A stretch of DNA of 64,000 nucleotides from assembly GCA_963772865.1 (NCBI GenBank), contig CAVYZA010000021.1:24332-88331 (forward strand), given 5' to 3'. The notes beneath the pieces were generated by a model that made no database searches, had not been told where the DNA came from, and saw only the letters and a list, made by a program, of their open reading frames with translations. The stretch is from an uncultured beta proteobacterium. GTDB lineage: Bacteria; Pseudomonadota; Gammaproteobacteria; Burkholderiales; SHXO01. The position numbers were made by a program, and so were the translations under genes. Of the stretch, positions 33,747 to 43,864 are shown piece by piece; within the stretch, counting starts at the first letter, position 1, and each line of letters begins with the position of its first letter.

Positions 33747-35427
33747 CTAGTCCTTCCCGGACCGCCAGATCGACACCAGCACCCACACCCCGCCAATGAA
33801 GGCGAGCAGAAACCCGAGCAGGCCGAACAGGGGCAGCCCGAACAAGGTCGGCCCCCCGCTCACCGTCATCACGATGGAGGTGCCCACGATGAGCGCGGCG
33901 GTGACAATGCCCACGGTAAGACGGTTGGCGCTGCGCGACAACTGCTGACCGAAATGATCCAGGCGCTTGAGATCCAGCTCGAGCTTCATGCGCCCGCGCC
34001 GGGCTTCCTTCAGCAAGCGTCGCAAGTCGCGCGGCAGGCTCCCGACCAGAGCTAAGGTACTCGACCAGGTGACGCCGCCCGCGGGCCACCAGCGCGGAGG
34101 GCCGATAGCGCTCGCGCATTACCCGGCGCAGGAAGGGCCCCAGGTGCTCGACCAGGCGGAACTCGGGGTCGAGCTTCAGGCCCAGCCCTTCCAGCGTCAG
34201 CAGCGCCTTGAACAGGAGCGCGAGGTCGGATGGCAGCACGATCGAGTGCCGGCGCACGATCCCGGTGATGTCGTTGAGCAGCGCGCCGATGCGCACGTCC
34301 TTGAGGGCTATCTTCTCGTACTCGAAGATCACGTCTCCGACGTCGGCGGCGAGCTTGGCCTCGTCGATGTCGGCGTCACGCACCCAGTCGAGCAGCACGT
34401 CGGTCACCGCCTGCTCGTCGCGCCGCGCCAGACCCCACAGCATGTCGACGATCTCGCGGCGACGCTGCTCGGAGAGCCGGCCCGCCATCCCGAAGTCGAT
34501 CATCGCGATGCGGTTGTCGGGCAGATAGAACACGTTGCCGGGGTGCGGGTCGGCGTGAAAGTATCCGTCTACCAGGATCATCTTGAGGACCGCGTCGGCG
34601 CCGCGGCAGGCCAGGACGCGCCGGTCGAGGCCGGCGGCGTCTACCGCGGCCAGATCCTGGCCGGGAATGCCCTGAACGCGCTCCTGGACGTTCATCGATT
34701 CACGCGTGTACTCCCAGTAGATGCGCGGCACCAGCACGCCCGGGTCGCCCGCAAAGCTCTGGGCGAAACGCTCCTGGGCGCGCGCTTCCTGGGCGAGGTC
34801 GAGCTCCCGCCGCATGGAGCGCGCGAACTCCTCCACCACTTGCGCAGGCTGGTAGCGTTTGGCCTCGGGAATCTCGCTCTCCAGCAACCCGGCCAGGTAA
34901 GCCACGATGCGCAGGTCCGCGTCGATCTTGGGGCGGATCCCCGGCCGTACGATCTTGATCACCACGGCCGTCCCGTCCTGCAGAGTGGCCCCGTGGACCT
35001 GGGCAATGGAAGCCGAACCCAGCGGAGTGCGGTCGAGCTCCCGGAACACCTCGAACGGAGAGCGCCCCAGCGCCTGCTCCAGAGCCGGAAGGAGCATCTC
35101 GAAGGGGACCGGCGGGACGTCGCTCTGCAGGTGCTCGAACTCGGCGATCCAGTCTGGCGGGAGCAGGTCAACGCGGGTCGCCAGCAGCTGCCCGAGCTTC
35201 ACGAAGCTCGGCCCCAGCTCGGCCAGCGCAAGGCGGGCGCGCTGCGCCGGCGTGAGCGCCGCCGTGGGCTCCCGCGCACCCCGGTGCAGGGCCTGCCCGG
35301 CACGCTCCAGCGCACCGACCACGCCGGTACGCCGGACCAGATCACCAAACCCATGCCGCACCAGCACCGAGGCGATCTCGTGCAGGCGCGGCAGGTCGCG
35401 CATGGCTAGCAGCGTTTCGATCAGCAT
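33747..35427 (-). CDS. ABC1/AarF/UbiB atypical kinase family protein; frameshift at ~34050
   Basis: LGPSFVKLGQ, SASIAQVH, FHADPHPGN, IDFGM, two C-terminal TM helices. Confidence 0.9.
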
Positions 35428-35505
35428 GGCACGCGATTATCCGGCTCTGCGCCGACGGTCTGCTCAAGAAGGCCGGGGGCGGGCCGATAGAGCCTGAGCA
35501 AAACC

Positions 35506-35654
35506 GGTGATCGTGATTGGTGATCAGTGGTCAGTGGCGGTGGAAGTGCGCATCGCTGCTCGTGTCAGCCACCGGTCCGACCCATGACCACCGGACGGTC
35601 ACCGTCCAGTCACCGAGGATCCCGAGTCACCGAGTCACCGATCACTGAGTCACC
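35506..35654. repeat. Inverted degenerate heptamer/octamer arrays (GTGATCG/GTGGTCA ... GAGTCACC/GATCACT)
   Basis: Left arm 35506-35537, right arm ~35598-35654 ending 4 bp before the H-NOX ATG. Confidence 0.75.
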
Positions 35655-35658
35655 CAGC

Positions 35659-36201
35659 ATGAAGGGCATCGTCTTCACCGAGTTCCTGGAGATGGTCGAG
35701 AGCCGGTTCGACCCGGCCATGGTCGACCGGATCATCCTGGACGCGCGCGTCCCCTCCGGGGGTGCCTACACATCCGTGGGCACCTACGATCACGGCGAGA
35801 TGTGGAGTCTGCTCGCCGCCCTGTCCAAGGCGACCGACACCCCGGTGCCGGACTTGCTGCGGACATTCGGCCAGCATCTGTTCGGGCGCTTCGTCCTGGG
35901 CTTTCCGCATTTCTTCACGGCGACCGGCTCGACATTCGAGTTTCTCGCCAACCTCAACGGCATGATCCACGTCGAAGTTCGCAAGCTCTACCCGGACGCC
36001 GAGCTGCCCCATTTCGAAGTGCAGGAGCGCAACGCCTTGCGGATGGTGCTGCTGTATCAATCCGCCCGCCATTTCGCCGACCTCGCCGAAGGTCTCATCC
36101 AGGGTTGCGCCGCGCACTTCCGCGAGACGCTCGCGATCAGCCGCGAGAGTGTGGCGGCCGACTCCGGCAGCCGCGTCCGCTTCACCCTGGAGCGCGCATG
36201 A
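35659..36201 (+). CDS. Heme NO-binding (H-NOX/HNOB) protein
   Basis: MKGIVFTEF start, proximal His in IHVEVRKLYPDAELP, YxSxR motif (YQSAR), EGLIQG. Confidence 0.88.
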   Translation: MKGIVFTEFLEMVESRFDPAMVDRIILDARVPSGGAYTSVGTYDHGEMWSLLAALSKATDTPVPDLLRTFGQHLFGRFVLGFPHFFTATGSTFEFLANLNGMIHVEVRKLYPDAELPHFEVQERNALRMVLLYQSARHFADLAEGLIQGCAAHFRETLAISRESVAADSGSRVRFTLERA

Positions 36202-37583
36202 GCGACCAGCGCGACCGCAATCAGCCCTCCGGCCTGGCGGCAGCGCGCGCAGCGCGCGGTGCCCCCGCTCCAGCGAACAGCGAGATGGAGATCCTGCTGC
36301 GGCGGGTAGAGCGCGAACGGCAGGCGCGCAAGCAGGCTGAGCAGTTGCTGGAGCGCAAGAGCGCAGAGCTGTTCGAGACCAACCAGCGCCTGCAGGCGCA
36401 GGCCGCCAAGCTCGAGATTACGGTGCAGGAGCGCACCCGCGCGCTCGAGGAGGCGGCGGCGAGAATGCAGGATGCGCTGCGCACCAAGGGCGAATTCCTG
36501 GCCGTGGTCAGCCACGAGATCCGCACGCCGATGAACGGCGTGCTGGGCATGGCCCAGCTGCTGCAGATGACCGAGCTCACCGACGAGCAGAAGCGCTACG
36601 TCGAGACCATCCAGACCAGCGGCGAGACCCTGCTGACCATCATCAACGACATCCTCGACCTGTCCAAGCTCGACGCCGGCAGCGTGCACCTGGACGCCCG
36701 CCCGGTCGAGGTGCGCGCGATCGTGAAAGAAGTGGCCGATCTGCTCGGCGCGCAGGCACAGAAGAAGAGCCTGTACCTGGACGTGGAGATCGGCGCCGAC
36801 GTGCCGGCGTGGATCAAGGGCGACGCCACGCGGCTCAAGCAGATCCTCACCAACCTGGTGGGCAATGCGCTCAAGTTCACCCACGCCGGCGGCGTGCGCG
36901 TCGCCATGCGCACGCTGCCGCAAGGCCCGGCTCTGGAGTGCCAGGTCCAGGACACCGGCATCGGCATTCCGCCCGACAAGGTCGACCGGCTGTTCGAGAA
37001 GTTCTCCCAGATCGACAGCTCGATCACCCGCCGCTACGGCGGCACCGGGCTGGGCCTGGTGATCTGCAAGCGCCTGGTGGAGGGAATGGGCGGGCAGATC
37101 CGCGCCGAGAGCAAGCAGCGCGAAGGCTCCACCTTCACGTTCGTCATCCCGCTCATGGCGGGGGAGGCGCCGGGCCAGGCTGCGCCCAAGGGCCGGGCAG
37201 CGCAGCCCGCGGCCAACCTGAAGATCCTGCTGGTCGAAGACAACGCGGTCAACCAGATGCTGGCGCTCGGCATGCTCCAGAAGCTGGGGCTGAACGCCGA
37301 CCTGGCCACCGACGGCGCCGAGGCGCTGGAACGCGTGCGCGACAGCAACTACGACCTGATCCTGATGGACATGCAGATGCCGCGCATGGACGGGCTCACC
37401 GCCACGCGCGCGATCCGCGCCATGCCCGAGCTGCGCCAGCCGCGCATCGTCGCGCTCACCGCCAACGCCATGGAAAGCGACCGCGAAGCCTGCCTGGCGG
37501 CGGGCATGGACGACTTCCTGTCCAAGCCCTTCAAGGCGGCGGAGCTGCAGGAGAAGCTGGTCGTGCCGGCGGTGAAGGGCTAG
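36198..37583 (+). CDS. Cytoplasmic hybrid sensor histidine kinase / receiver
   Basis: ATGA overlap with H-NOX; coiled coil; [32 protein letters not shown]; receiver motifs VEDN, LMDMQMP, KP. Confidence 0.93.
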   Translation: MSDQRDRNQPSGLAAARAARGAPAPANSEMEILLRRVERERQARKQAEQLLERKSAELFETNQRLQAQAAKLEITVQERTRALEEAAARMQDALRTKGEFLAVVSHEIRTPMNGVLGMAQLLQMTELTDEQKRYVETIQTSGETLLTIINDILDLSKLDAGSVHLDARPVEVRAIVKEVADLLGAQAQKKSLYLDVEIGADVPAWIKGDATRLKQILTNLVGNALKFTHAGGVRVAMRTLPQGPALECQVQDTGIGIPPDKVDRLFEKFSQIDSSITRRYGGTGLGLVICKRLVEGMGGQIRAESKQREGSTFTFVIPLMAGEAPGQAAPKGRAAQPAANLKILLVEDNAVNQMLALGMLQKLGLNADLATDGAEALERVRDSNYDLILMDMQMPRMDGLTATRAIRAMPELRQPRIVALTANAMESDREACLAAGMDDFLSKPFKAAELQEKLVVPAVKG

Positions 37584-37697
37584 TGATCGGTGATCGGGTC
37601 GCATCGGCTGCCATGACCACGGCCCTTTCAGGCGAGGACCGGCCGCCAAGTCGTCCCGCGAGCTCCTGATCACCGATCACCGATCACCGATCACTAG
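37580..37697. repeat. Inverted (GTGATCG)n / (CGATCAC)n heptamer arrays
   Basis: Perfect 18-bp inverted repeat CTAGTGATCGGTGATCGG (37580-37597 versus 37680-37697); right arm has four GATCACC-type units. Confidence 0.9.
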
Positions 37698-37706
37698 AAT
37701 CAGCAG

Positions 37707-38369
37707 TCACTTCTTCCCCTTATCCCGCTCGCCCTCCGGCCGCAGCGCCTCCGACATCCCCTGCAGGATGCCGCTGGCGGCGGCAGCAAAACGCTCGCCG
37801 AAGGTACGCGCTGCCTCCATGCCGGCGAGCGCGCTCTCGCTCATCGTGCTGGCCATGCGGCTGGAGAACTCGCGCGCGGTCTCGGCGATCACCCGCCCAG
37901 TGTCGGTGCCGGTCCGCTGGGCATGTCCGAGCAGTTCCTGCCATTCGCTCTTGACCGTTCCGGCGGTGGACTTGGACACCTGCCGTACCGAGTCCAGAAA
38001 GTCGCCCTCCATCGTGCGCATCGAGTCGAGCCCCTGCTTGAGCTCGTTCTGGGAGAACTCCCGCCCGCGCTCGGTCATCTCCTTGATCGCCAGGCTGCCG
38101 GCCTGCGCCACCTTGCTCATCGCCTGATCCATCCCGGTGAACGCCTCCGCCAGGGCGTGGCGCACCTCCTTGCCGCTCTTGTCCGCGCCGATGCTGATGC
38201 CTTCGGTCATCGTGTGCATCACCTCGCGCATGCCGGCATAGTCGAACTTGCGCTGCCGCAGCGCCTGCAGCATCAGCTCGCGTACGCGGTCGCGAATCTG
38301 GTCGCCGTCTGCCACCGACGCGCTCACCGCGGCGCGCAGCTCGTCGCTGCTCATGCCCTTGTCTTCCAT
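37707..38369 (-). CDS. Alpha-helical hypothetical protein (DUF6781 / phasin-like)
   Basis: GGAGG RBS before MEDKG; Ala/Glu/Arg-rich helical sequence ending ASGILQGMSEAL. Family assignment is tentative. Confidence 0.7.
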   Translation of the reverse strand: MEDKGMSSDELRAAVSASVADGDQIRDRVRELMLQALRQRKFDYAGMREVMHTMTEGISIGADKSGKEVRHALAEAFTGMDQAMSKVAQAGSLAIKEMTERGREFSQNELKQGLDSMRTMEGDFLDSVRQVSKSTAGTVKSEWQELLGHAQRTGTDTGRVIAETAREFSSRMASTMSESALAGMEAARTFGERFAAAASGILQGMSEALRPEGERDKGKK

Positions 38370-38579
38370 TTGCGTCCTCCTTCCGGCTGGCCACCTGGCG
38401 CACTCCACCTTGCCGGAGGAAGCGCCGGTGCACAATCCGATTTGCGTCCACTCTGCGTATGCCCGAACCGAGCCACGCGGCCCTGCCCAGTATGATCCAG
38501 ATTCTGCCGGCTTGCCCCATGGCCGGTGGACTCGTTTATCATCCCGGATCCAACTCTCGCAGATTCTGCCTTTCCGCCC

Positions 38580-39562
38580 ATGCCCCAGCCCTTGCGCGCA
38601 GCCGTCATCGGCGCTGGCTACCTCGGCAAGTTCCACGCCCAGAAGTACGCCGCACTCGAGGACTGTGAGTTGCGCGCAGTGGTCGACGTCGATCCGGCGC
38701 GGGCGAAGGAGGTAGCCGACAGCGTCGGCGCACTCGACCGCCACCGACTACAGGCAGGTGCTGCGCGATATCGACGTGGCTTCGATCGTCGTGCCCACTG
38801 AGCTGCATCACCAAGTAGCGAAGGACTGTCTGCTGGCGGACGTCCATATCCTGGTGGAGAAGCCGGTCACCCGCACGTGTCGACGAGGCCGCGGAGCTGG
38901 TTGAACTGGCCGCACGCCGCGGGCTGACCTTCCAGGTCGGCCATCTCGAGCGGTTCAACCCCGCTATTCTGGCGGTACGGGACCAGATCACGCGGCCGCT
39001 GTTCATCGAGTCCGACCGGCTCGCGGTGTTCAAGCCGCGCGGGATCGACGTGAACGTCGTGCTCGACCTGATGATCCACGACATCGACCTGATCCTGAGT
39101 TTCGTGAGCAGCGACATCAGCGCGGTGCGCGCCAGCGGCTTCCCGGTGCTCACGCCGGCGGTGGACATCGCCAATGCCCGTATCGAGTTCGCCGATGGCT
39201 GCGTGGCCGACGTCTCGGCCAGCCGCGTCAGCCAGACCTCGCTGCGCAAGCTGCGCATCTTCCAGCCCGACCAGTACTTTTCCATCGACTGCGAGAACTT
39301 CCATGTGCGCAGCGTGCGCAAGGAGGGCAGCGGCCTTACGCCAGCCGGCATGCCGCAGATCTCTTCCAGCGAGCAGCAGTTCCAGCAGGCCGATCCGCTG
39401 ATGGCGGAAATCCGCGCGTTCGCGCACGCGGTGCGCACCCGAACCGATCCGCCGGTTACCGGCGCGGACGGCAAGCGCGCCCTGGAAGTGGCGCTCGAGG
39501 TGTGCCGGCAGATGAACCTCACGCTGAGCGCCGTGTACGGTGCAGCCGAAGCGGCGGTATGA
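38580..39562 (+). CDS. Gfo/Idh/MocA oxidoreductase, GnnA-like; frameshifts at ~38735 and ~38878
   Basis: VIGAGYLGKFHAQKY, LVEKP, VGHLERFNP, DVNVVLDLMIHDID, DIANARIEF, ASRVS. Confidence 0.85.
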
Positions 39563-40668
39563 CTGCCGAGCCCACGCCCATCCCCATGCTCGACCTCGCG
39601 GCCGAGTACGCCCTGTTCGAGCCCGAACTCACGCAGTCGCTGCATGCGGTGCTGCAGTCGACTCAATTCATTCTCGGACCGCAGGCAGTCGCGCTGGAAC
39701 GGGAGATCGCCGAGTACTGCGGGGTCGGGCACGCCGTAGCGGTCGCCAACGGCACCGACGCGCTGCACCTTGCTCTGCGGGCCCTCGGGATCGGAGCGGG
39801 CCACGAGGTCATCACCAGCGCGTTCACCTTCATCGGCACAGCCGAACCGATCTCGTACTGCGGCGCCACCCCGGTGTTCGTGGATATCGAGCCCGACACC
39901 TTCAACATCGACCCGGCTGCGGTCGAGGCCGCGATCACGCCGCGCACGCGTGCCGTCATGCCGGTCCACCTGTTCGGGCAATGCGCGGATCTCGCGCGCC
40001 TGCGGGCGATCTGCGAGCAGCGCGGGCTGGCGCTGATCGAAGACTGCGCCCAGGCGATCGGCGCCGACTGGGAGGGCACGCGCTGCGGCGGTGCGGGCGT
40101 GGCCGGCTGCTTTTCTTTCTACCCCAGCAAGAACCTCGGCTGCTACGGCGACGGCGGCATGGTCGTCACCCGCGACGCCAAGCTCGCCGATGAGATCAAG
40201 GTGCTGCGCAATCACGGCAGCCGCACCCGCTATCACCACCACGTCATCGGCTACAACTGCCGTCTCGACGAGATGCAGGCGGCGATCCTGCGCGTGAAGC
40301 TCAAGCACCTGGACAAGCTCAATGCACTGCGCCGCGAGAAGGCCCACACTTACAACCGCCTGCTGGCCGGGACGAGCGTCGTCACGCCGCGCGAGCATGG
40401 CAAGGGCATGCACGTCTATCATCAGTACACGTTGCGCAGCGCGAAGCGCGACGCCTTGAAGGCGGCGCTCGAGGCGGCCCGGATCGGTTCGATGATCTAC
40501 TACCCGATCCCGCTGCACCGGCAGGACGTCTACCAGGAGCTGTACCAGGGCCTGGGCCTGCCGCACGCCGAGCAGGCGGCCGCCAGCGTCGTATCGCTGC
40601 CGATGTTCCCGATGCTCAGCGACGCACAGATCCGCCGCGTCTGCGACGTGGTGCTGGGCGCGCTCTAG
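39559..40668 (+). CDS. DegT/DnrJ/EryC1/StrS PLP aminotransferase, GnnB-like
   Basis: NGTDAL, PVHLFGQ, IEDCAQA, SFYPSKNLG (PLP-binding Lys), NCRLDEMQAA; ATGA overlap with the upstream gene. Confidence 0.92.
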   Translation: MTAEPTPIPMLDLAAEYALFEPELTQSLHAVLQSTQFILGPQAVALEREIAEYCGVGHAVAVANGTDALHLALRALGIGAGHEVITSAFTFIGTAEPISYCGATPVFVDIEPDTFNIDPAAVEAAITPRTRAVMPVHLFGQCADLARLRAICEQRGLALIEDCAQAIGADWEGTRCGGAGVAGCFSFYPSKNLGCYGDGGMVVTRDAKLADEIKVLRNHGSRTRYHHHVIGYNCRLDEMQAAILRVKLKHLDKLNALRREKAHTYNRLLAGTSVVTPREHGKGMHVYHQYTLRSAKRDALKAALEAARIGSMIYYPIPLHRQDVYQELYQGLGLPHAEQAAASVVSLPMFPMLSDAQIRRVCDVVLGAL

Positions 40669-40673
40669 CGGCG

Positions 40674-41849
40674 CTAGAGCGCGAACTCGTGCAGCGCCAC
40701 GCGGTTCTTGGCGATGAACTCCCAGTCGTACTGCACGCCCAGGCCCGGACCCGTCGGCACGCTGACGCAGCCGTCCCGGTCGATGCAGTCGAGCTGATCG
40801 CTGTAGCCGCACTTGTAGACCGGCGGCACCGCGTTGGGGGTGTCGGGACCGACTAGCGCGACCTCGTAGTAGTTGCTGTTGCGCATGGCTGCCATGCAGT
40901 GGCGGTGGGCCGGTCCGCAGGCATGCACCTCGACGTCGATGCCGAAGGCCTCGCCCAGGTGGGCGATCTTCATGGCACCCGTGATGCCCATGTCGTACTC
41001 GGGATCCGAGCGCAGGAAGTCGGTGCCGCCCTGGATCAGGAAGTCGGCCTTGGGTTCCACCCCGCGGACGTGCTCGGTCTGCAGAATCGGCGTCTTGATC
41101 ATCTCGCGCAGCTTGCGATGCGCGAAGGCCGAAGTGCCGCTGTCTCGGAACGGGTCCTCGTACCAGAAGTAGCTGGCTTCATCGCAGGCACGCCCCACGT
41201 ACAGCGCGTCGGCGAAGGTGCGCAGCTCGCAGGCCGGATCGATCATCAGGTTCATCTTGTCGCCGACGACCTTGCGCACGTGCAGCAGGTTCTGCGCTTC
41301 TTCGCGCGCGTTGCCCTCGTTCCACCCGTGGATCTTGAAGGCCCTGTAACCCATTTCGTAGCAGCGCAGCGCGAAGGCGCCGAACGCTTCTTTGCTGTCC
41401 AATCCGCCGTTGCGGTCGCCGTGGTAGGTGCTGGCGTAGGCCGGCAGGCGCATGCGATACGCGCCCAGCATTTCCGATACCGAGCAGCCGAGCTTCTTGC
41501 CGTGCAGATCCCACAGCGCAATGTCGAGGGGCCCGTGACCCATGTGGTCGAACTGGCGGGCCTGGCGCTTCAAGTCGTCGTAGATGAGTTCGCGCTGCTC
41601 GGCCTCGCGCCCGAGCAGGTACGGCGCCAGCATGAGCGTCTGGCCCAGAGCGGCCGAGGAGCCCACCCAGTGCGTGACGTATTCGCCGCGCAACCCGTTG
41701 TCGGTCTGGATCGTCACGGCGTACTTGGTCACCCGCGTCTTCGCCCCCTTCGAGTAGCCGAACGCTCCCACCCCACCCCCGCCCTTCGATCCCAGATTCA
41801 TCGCGTCGAACTGAAAGACGTGGACCTCGACCTTCTTGATGCGGCTCAT
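40674..41849 (-). CDS. Enolase-superfamily (mandelate racemase-like) protein
   Basis: GPLDIALWDL, FKIH, MIDP, YEDP, TEH, EVH, GPGLG; GGAGG RBS. Confidence 0.88.
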   Translation of the reverse strand: MSRIKKVEVHVFQFDAMNLGSKGGGGVGAFGYSKGAKTRVTKYAVTIQTDNGLRGEYVTHWVGSSAALGQTLMLAPYLLGREAEQRELIYDDLKRQARQFDHMGHGPLDIALWDLHGKKLGCSVSEMLGAYRMRLPAYASTYHGDRNGGLDSKEAFGAFALRCYEMGYRAFKIHGWNEGNAREEAQNLLHVRKVVGDKMNLMIDPACELRTFADALYVGRACDEASYFWYEDPFRDSGTSAFAHRKLREMIKTPILQTEHVRGVEPKADFLIQGGTDFLRSDPEYDMGITGAMKIAHLGEAFGIDVEVHACGPAHRHCMAAMRNSNYYEVALVGPDTPNAVPPVYKCGYSDQLDCIDRDGCVSVPTGPGLGVQYDWEFIAKNRVALHEFAL

Positions 41850-42031
41850 GTGTCTCCTCCGTAGATGCCGAGGAGAGCATAGCATCCGCCCTGCTCGGGC
41901 CAGCGAGCGCCTGGCTCCGGGTCTTGCACCGGCTTGTTCTTCGCTCCCATCACGGCGCTCGCATGCCAGCGGCCGGGAGTGCAGCGTCTTGGGCACCCCC
42001 CTGACCAACAGCATATTGCAGGATTGTCGCT

Positions 42032-42046
42032 CGGCACGGATATTGC
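42032..42046 (+). promoter_or_regulatory. Probable sigma54 promoter upstream of the serine protease
   Basis: CGGCACGGATATTGC, an exact GG-N10-GC. Confidence 0.6.
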
Positions 42047-42262
42047 GGACTGTGAGGACAAGCGGTGGTGCTCCGAACCCACACTGTCTGTAAGCTGCTG
42101 AAAAGGTGGATCAGTTGGCACGGAGCGCCGAAGACCGCGGGTGTACCGTGCACTAAGTTGGAGCTCGAAGCAGTGATTTGATGCAAGGGCAACGGCCTGG
42201 TTCCGCAGGTACCTACAGATCAACCCAGATTTGGGAGGAGGTGAAGCGACAAGGAGCGTCTC

Positions 42263-43174
42263 ATGTTTCGCAAGCTGATCGGTACAGCCACGCTGGCCAC
42301 CCTCCTCCCTCTTACGGCCGCGGCGGCCGACAGCTGGGAGATCTTCAAGCAGGTGCGGCCGAGCCTCGTGCAGGTCGTCAGTGTCGGCGCGAGCGGACGC
42401 TATCACATGGGATCGGGTATCACCCTCCCCAACGGCACCGTAGTCACCAATTGCCATGTCACGCTGACTGCCACGCGGGTCATGCTGTTCGGCGGCGGCG
42501 GAGGCGACGGAGCCACACTGGAGGCCGCCGACGTTGCCCATGATCTGTGCAGCCTCACCTTCCCCTCTGTAGCCCGCCCGCCTGTCGAGATCAGAGAGTC
42601 CCGCAACCTCAAGATCGGCGACCCCGTTTATGCCATCGGTTTCAATGCCGGTCGCGCCCTCACATTCCAGGCGGGCGAAGTGGCTGAATTGTTCGAGCAC
42701 GACGGCGCCATGGTCATCCGCACCACGGCCGCCTTCACCCATGGCGCCTCCGGGGGCGGCTTGTTCGACCAGGACGGCCGCTTGGTGGGGATCATCACGT
42801 TCTTCCGCACGCAGCCAGGCGGCACCTCCTATTTCGCGGTTCCGACCGAATGGCTGAAGGCGCTGGAAAACGCGCCTGCGCAGGAGATCGCTCCCTTGGC
42901 GGGAGTGCCGTTCTGGGCCGAGCAGATCGATCGCCAGCCTGCCTATCTGAAGGCGGCCGTCCTGGAAGCCGACCAGCGCTGGGACGACCTTCTCACCTTG
43001 GCGCGGGACTGGACCAGCGCCAACCCCGACGACGGGCAAGCGTGGCTCGCGCTCGCCAAGGCCTCCCTCAACACGGGTGAGCCGGTTGCCGCGCGCGACG
43101 CTTTCAAGCGCGCCAGCGAGCTGGGCATCACTTATCCCGCCGCGGCACAGTGGAGCGTGCTGTTCCCGCAGTAG
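42263..43174 (+). CDS. Secreted trypsin-like serine protease with C-terminal TPR
   Basis: Signal peptide; catalytic triad VTNCHV / HDLC / HGASGG; TPR-like NPDDGQAWLALA. Confidence 0.85.
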   Translation: MFRKLIGTATLATLLPLTAAAADSWEIFKQVRPSLVQVVSVGASGRYHMGSGITLPNGTVVTNCHVTLTATRVMLFGGGGGDGATLEAADVAHDLCSLTFPSVARPPVEIRESRNLKIGDPVYAIGFNAGRALTFQAGEVAELFEHDGAMVIRTTAAFTHGASGGGLFDQDGRLVGIITFFRTQPGGTSYFAVPTEWLKALENAPAQEIAPLAGVPFWAEQIDRQPAYLKAAVLEADQRWDDLLTLARDWTSANPDDGQAWLALAKASLNTGEPVAARDAFKRASELGITYPAAAQWSVLFPQ

Positions 43175-43261
43175 CGTCCAACGCCGGTAACAGCTCTTGC
43201 CGCGGGGCGGCGGGAGTATACTGGGATGCGCTCGGCATCGGGCCGCATTCTGGGGGGCGTG

Positions 43262-43636
43262 ATGGATCCAGTGAAGGTGGCCAACCTGGGCACGCACACG
43301 ATGGTCTCGGGCGCGGACCGATCGGCGGTCGAGGCCAAGGTGGCAGAGCTCGTCAGCAAAGGCGCCAAGCTCGTCTCCAAGGTCGAGGCGCTGGGGCGCA
43401 ACTTTGTGGCGACGCTCGAGGACCGCACGGCAGCGCCCGACGTTGACGGTTGCCGGGTTGCCCGCCTTGGCCTGCAGATCATCGTCACCGGACCGGACCG
43501 CGCGGCCGTGCACAAGCGCGCGCAGCAGCTGATGCAGGAAGGCGCAGTGCTCAAGTCCGGGCCGCAGGAGAACACCAACGGCTGGTCCGCTGTGCTCGAC
43601 GAGGGCGGTGTAGACAAGACCGTGCACCGCTGGTAG
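43262..43636 (+). CDS. Small hypothetical protein with internal duplication
   Basis: Two similar ~45-aa halves; codon usage looks coding. Confidence 0.7.
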   Translation: MDPVKVANLGTHTMVSGADRSAVEAKVAELVSKGAKLVSKVEALGRNFVATLEDRTAAPDVDGCRVARLGLQIIVTGPDRAAVHKRAQQLMQEGAVLKSGPQENTNGWSAVLDEGGVDKTVHRW

Positions 43637-43812
43637 GCGGCGCCCAGCAACCCGCACCGAGGCGATCCTCACGCCGCCGGGGCCATCGTCACAAACCAGT
43701 AACTTCGGTTCCCATCCAGGTGGCAATGGCCGAGCCCGACCTTCGCGGGCAACCCGGTGCCCACACCGGCCTTGTGCCCGGACGCAGAAACCTGTCCAAT
43801 ACGCCAGGGGCA

Positions 43813-43853
43813 TTGTTTCTAAAAGCACTCCCATTTGTTTCTACAAGCACTCC
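43813..43853 (+). promoter_or_regulatory. 19-bp direct repeat (22-bp period) abutting the permease RBS
   Basis: TTGTTTCTAAAAGCACTCC at 43813 and TTGTTTCTACAAGCACTCC at 43835. Confidence 0.55.
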
Positions 43854-43864
43854 AGGGGGGAATC

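Noticed and set aside
43720-43765. ANTAR-type twin hairpins or a sigma54 site upstream of the permease
   Set aside because: Only one clear stem (GGGCA/TGCCC), loops do not fit the hexaloop consensus well, and the -12 element reads GAGC; too weak to call.
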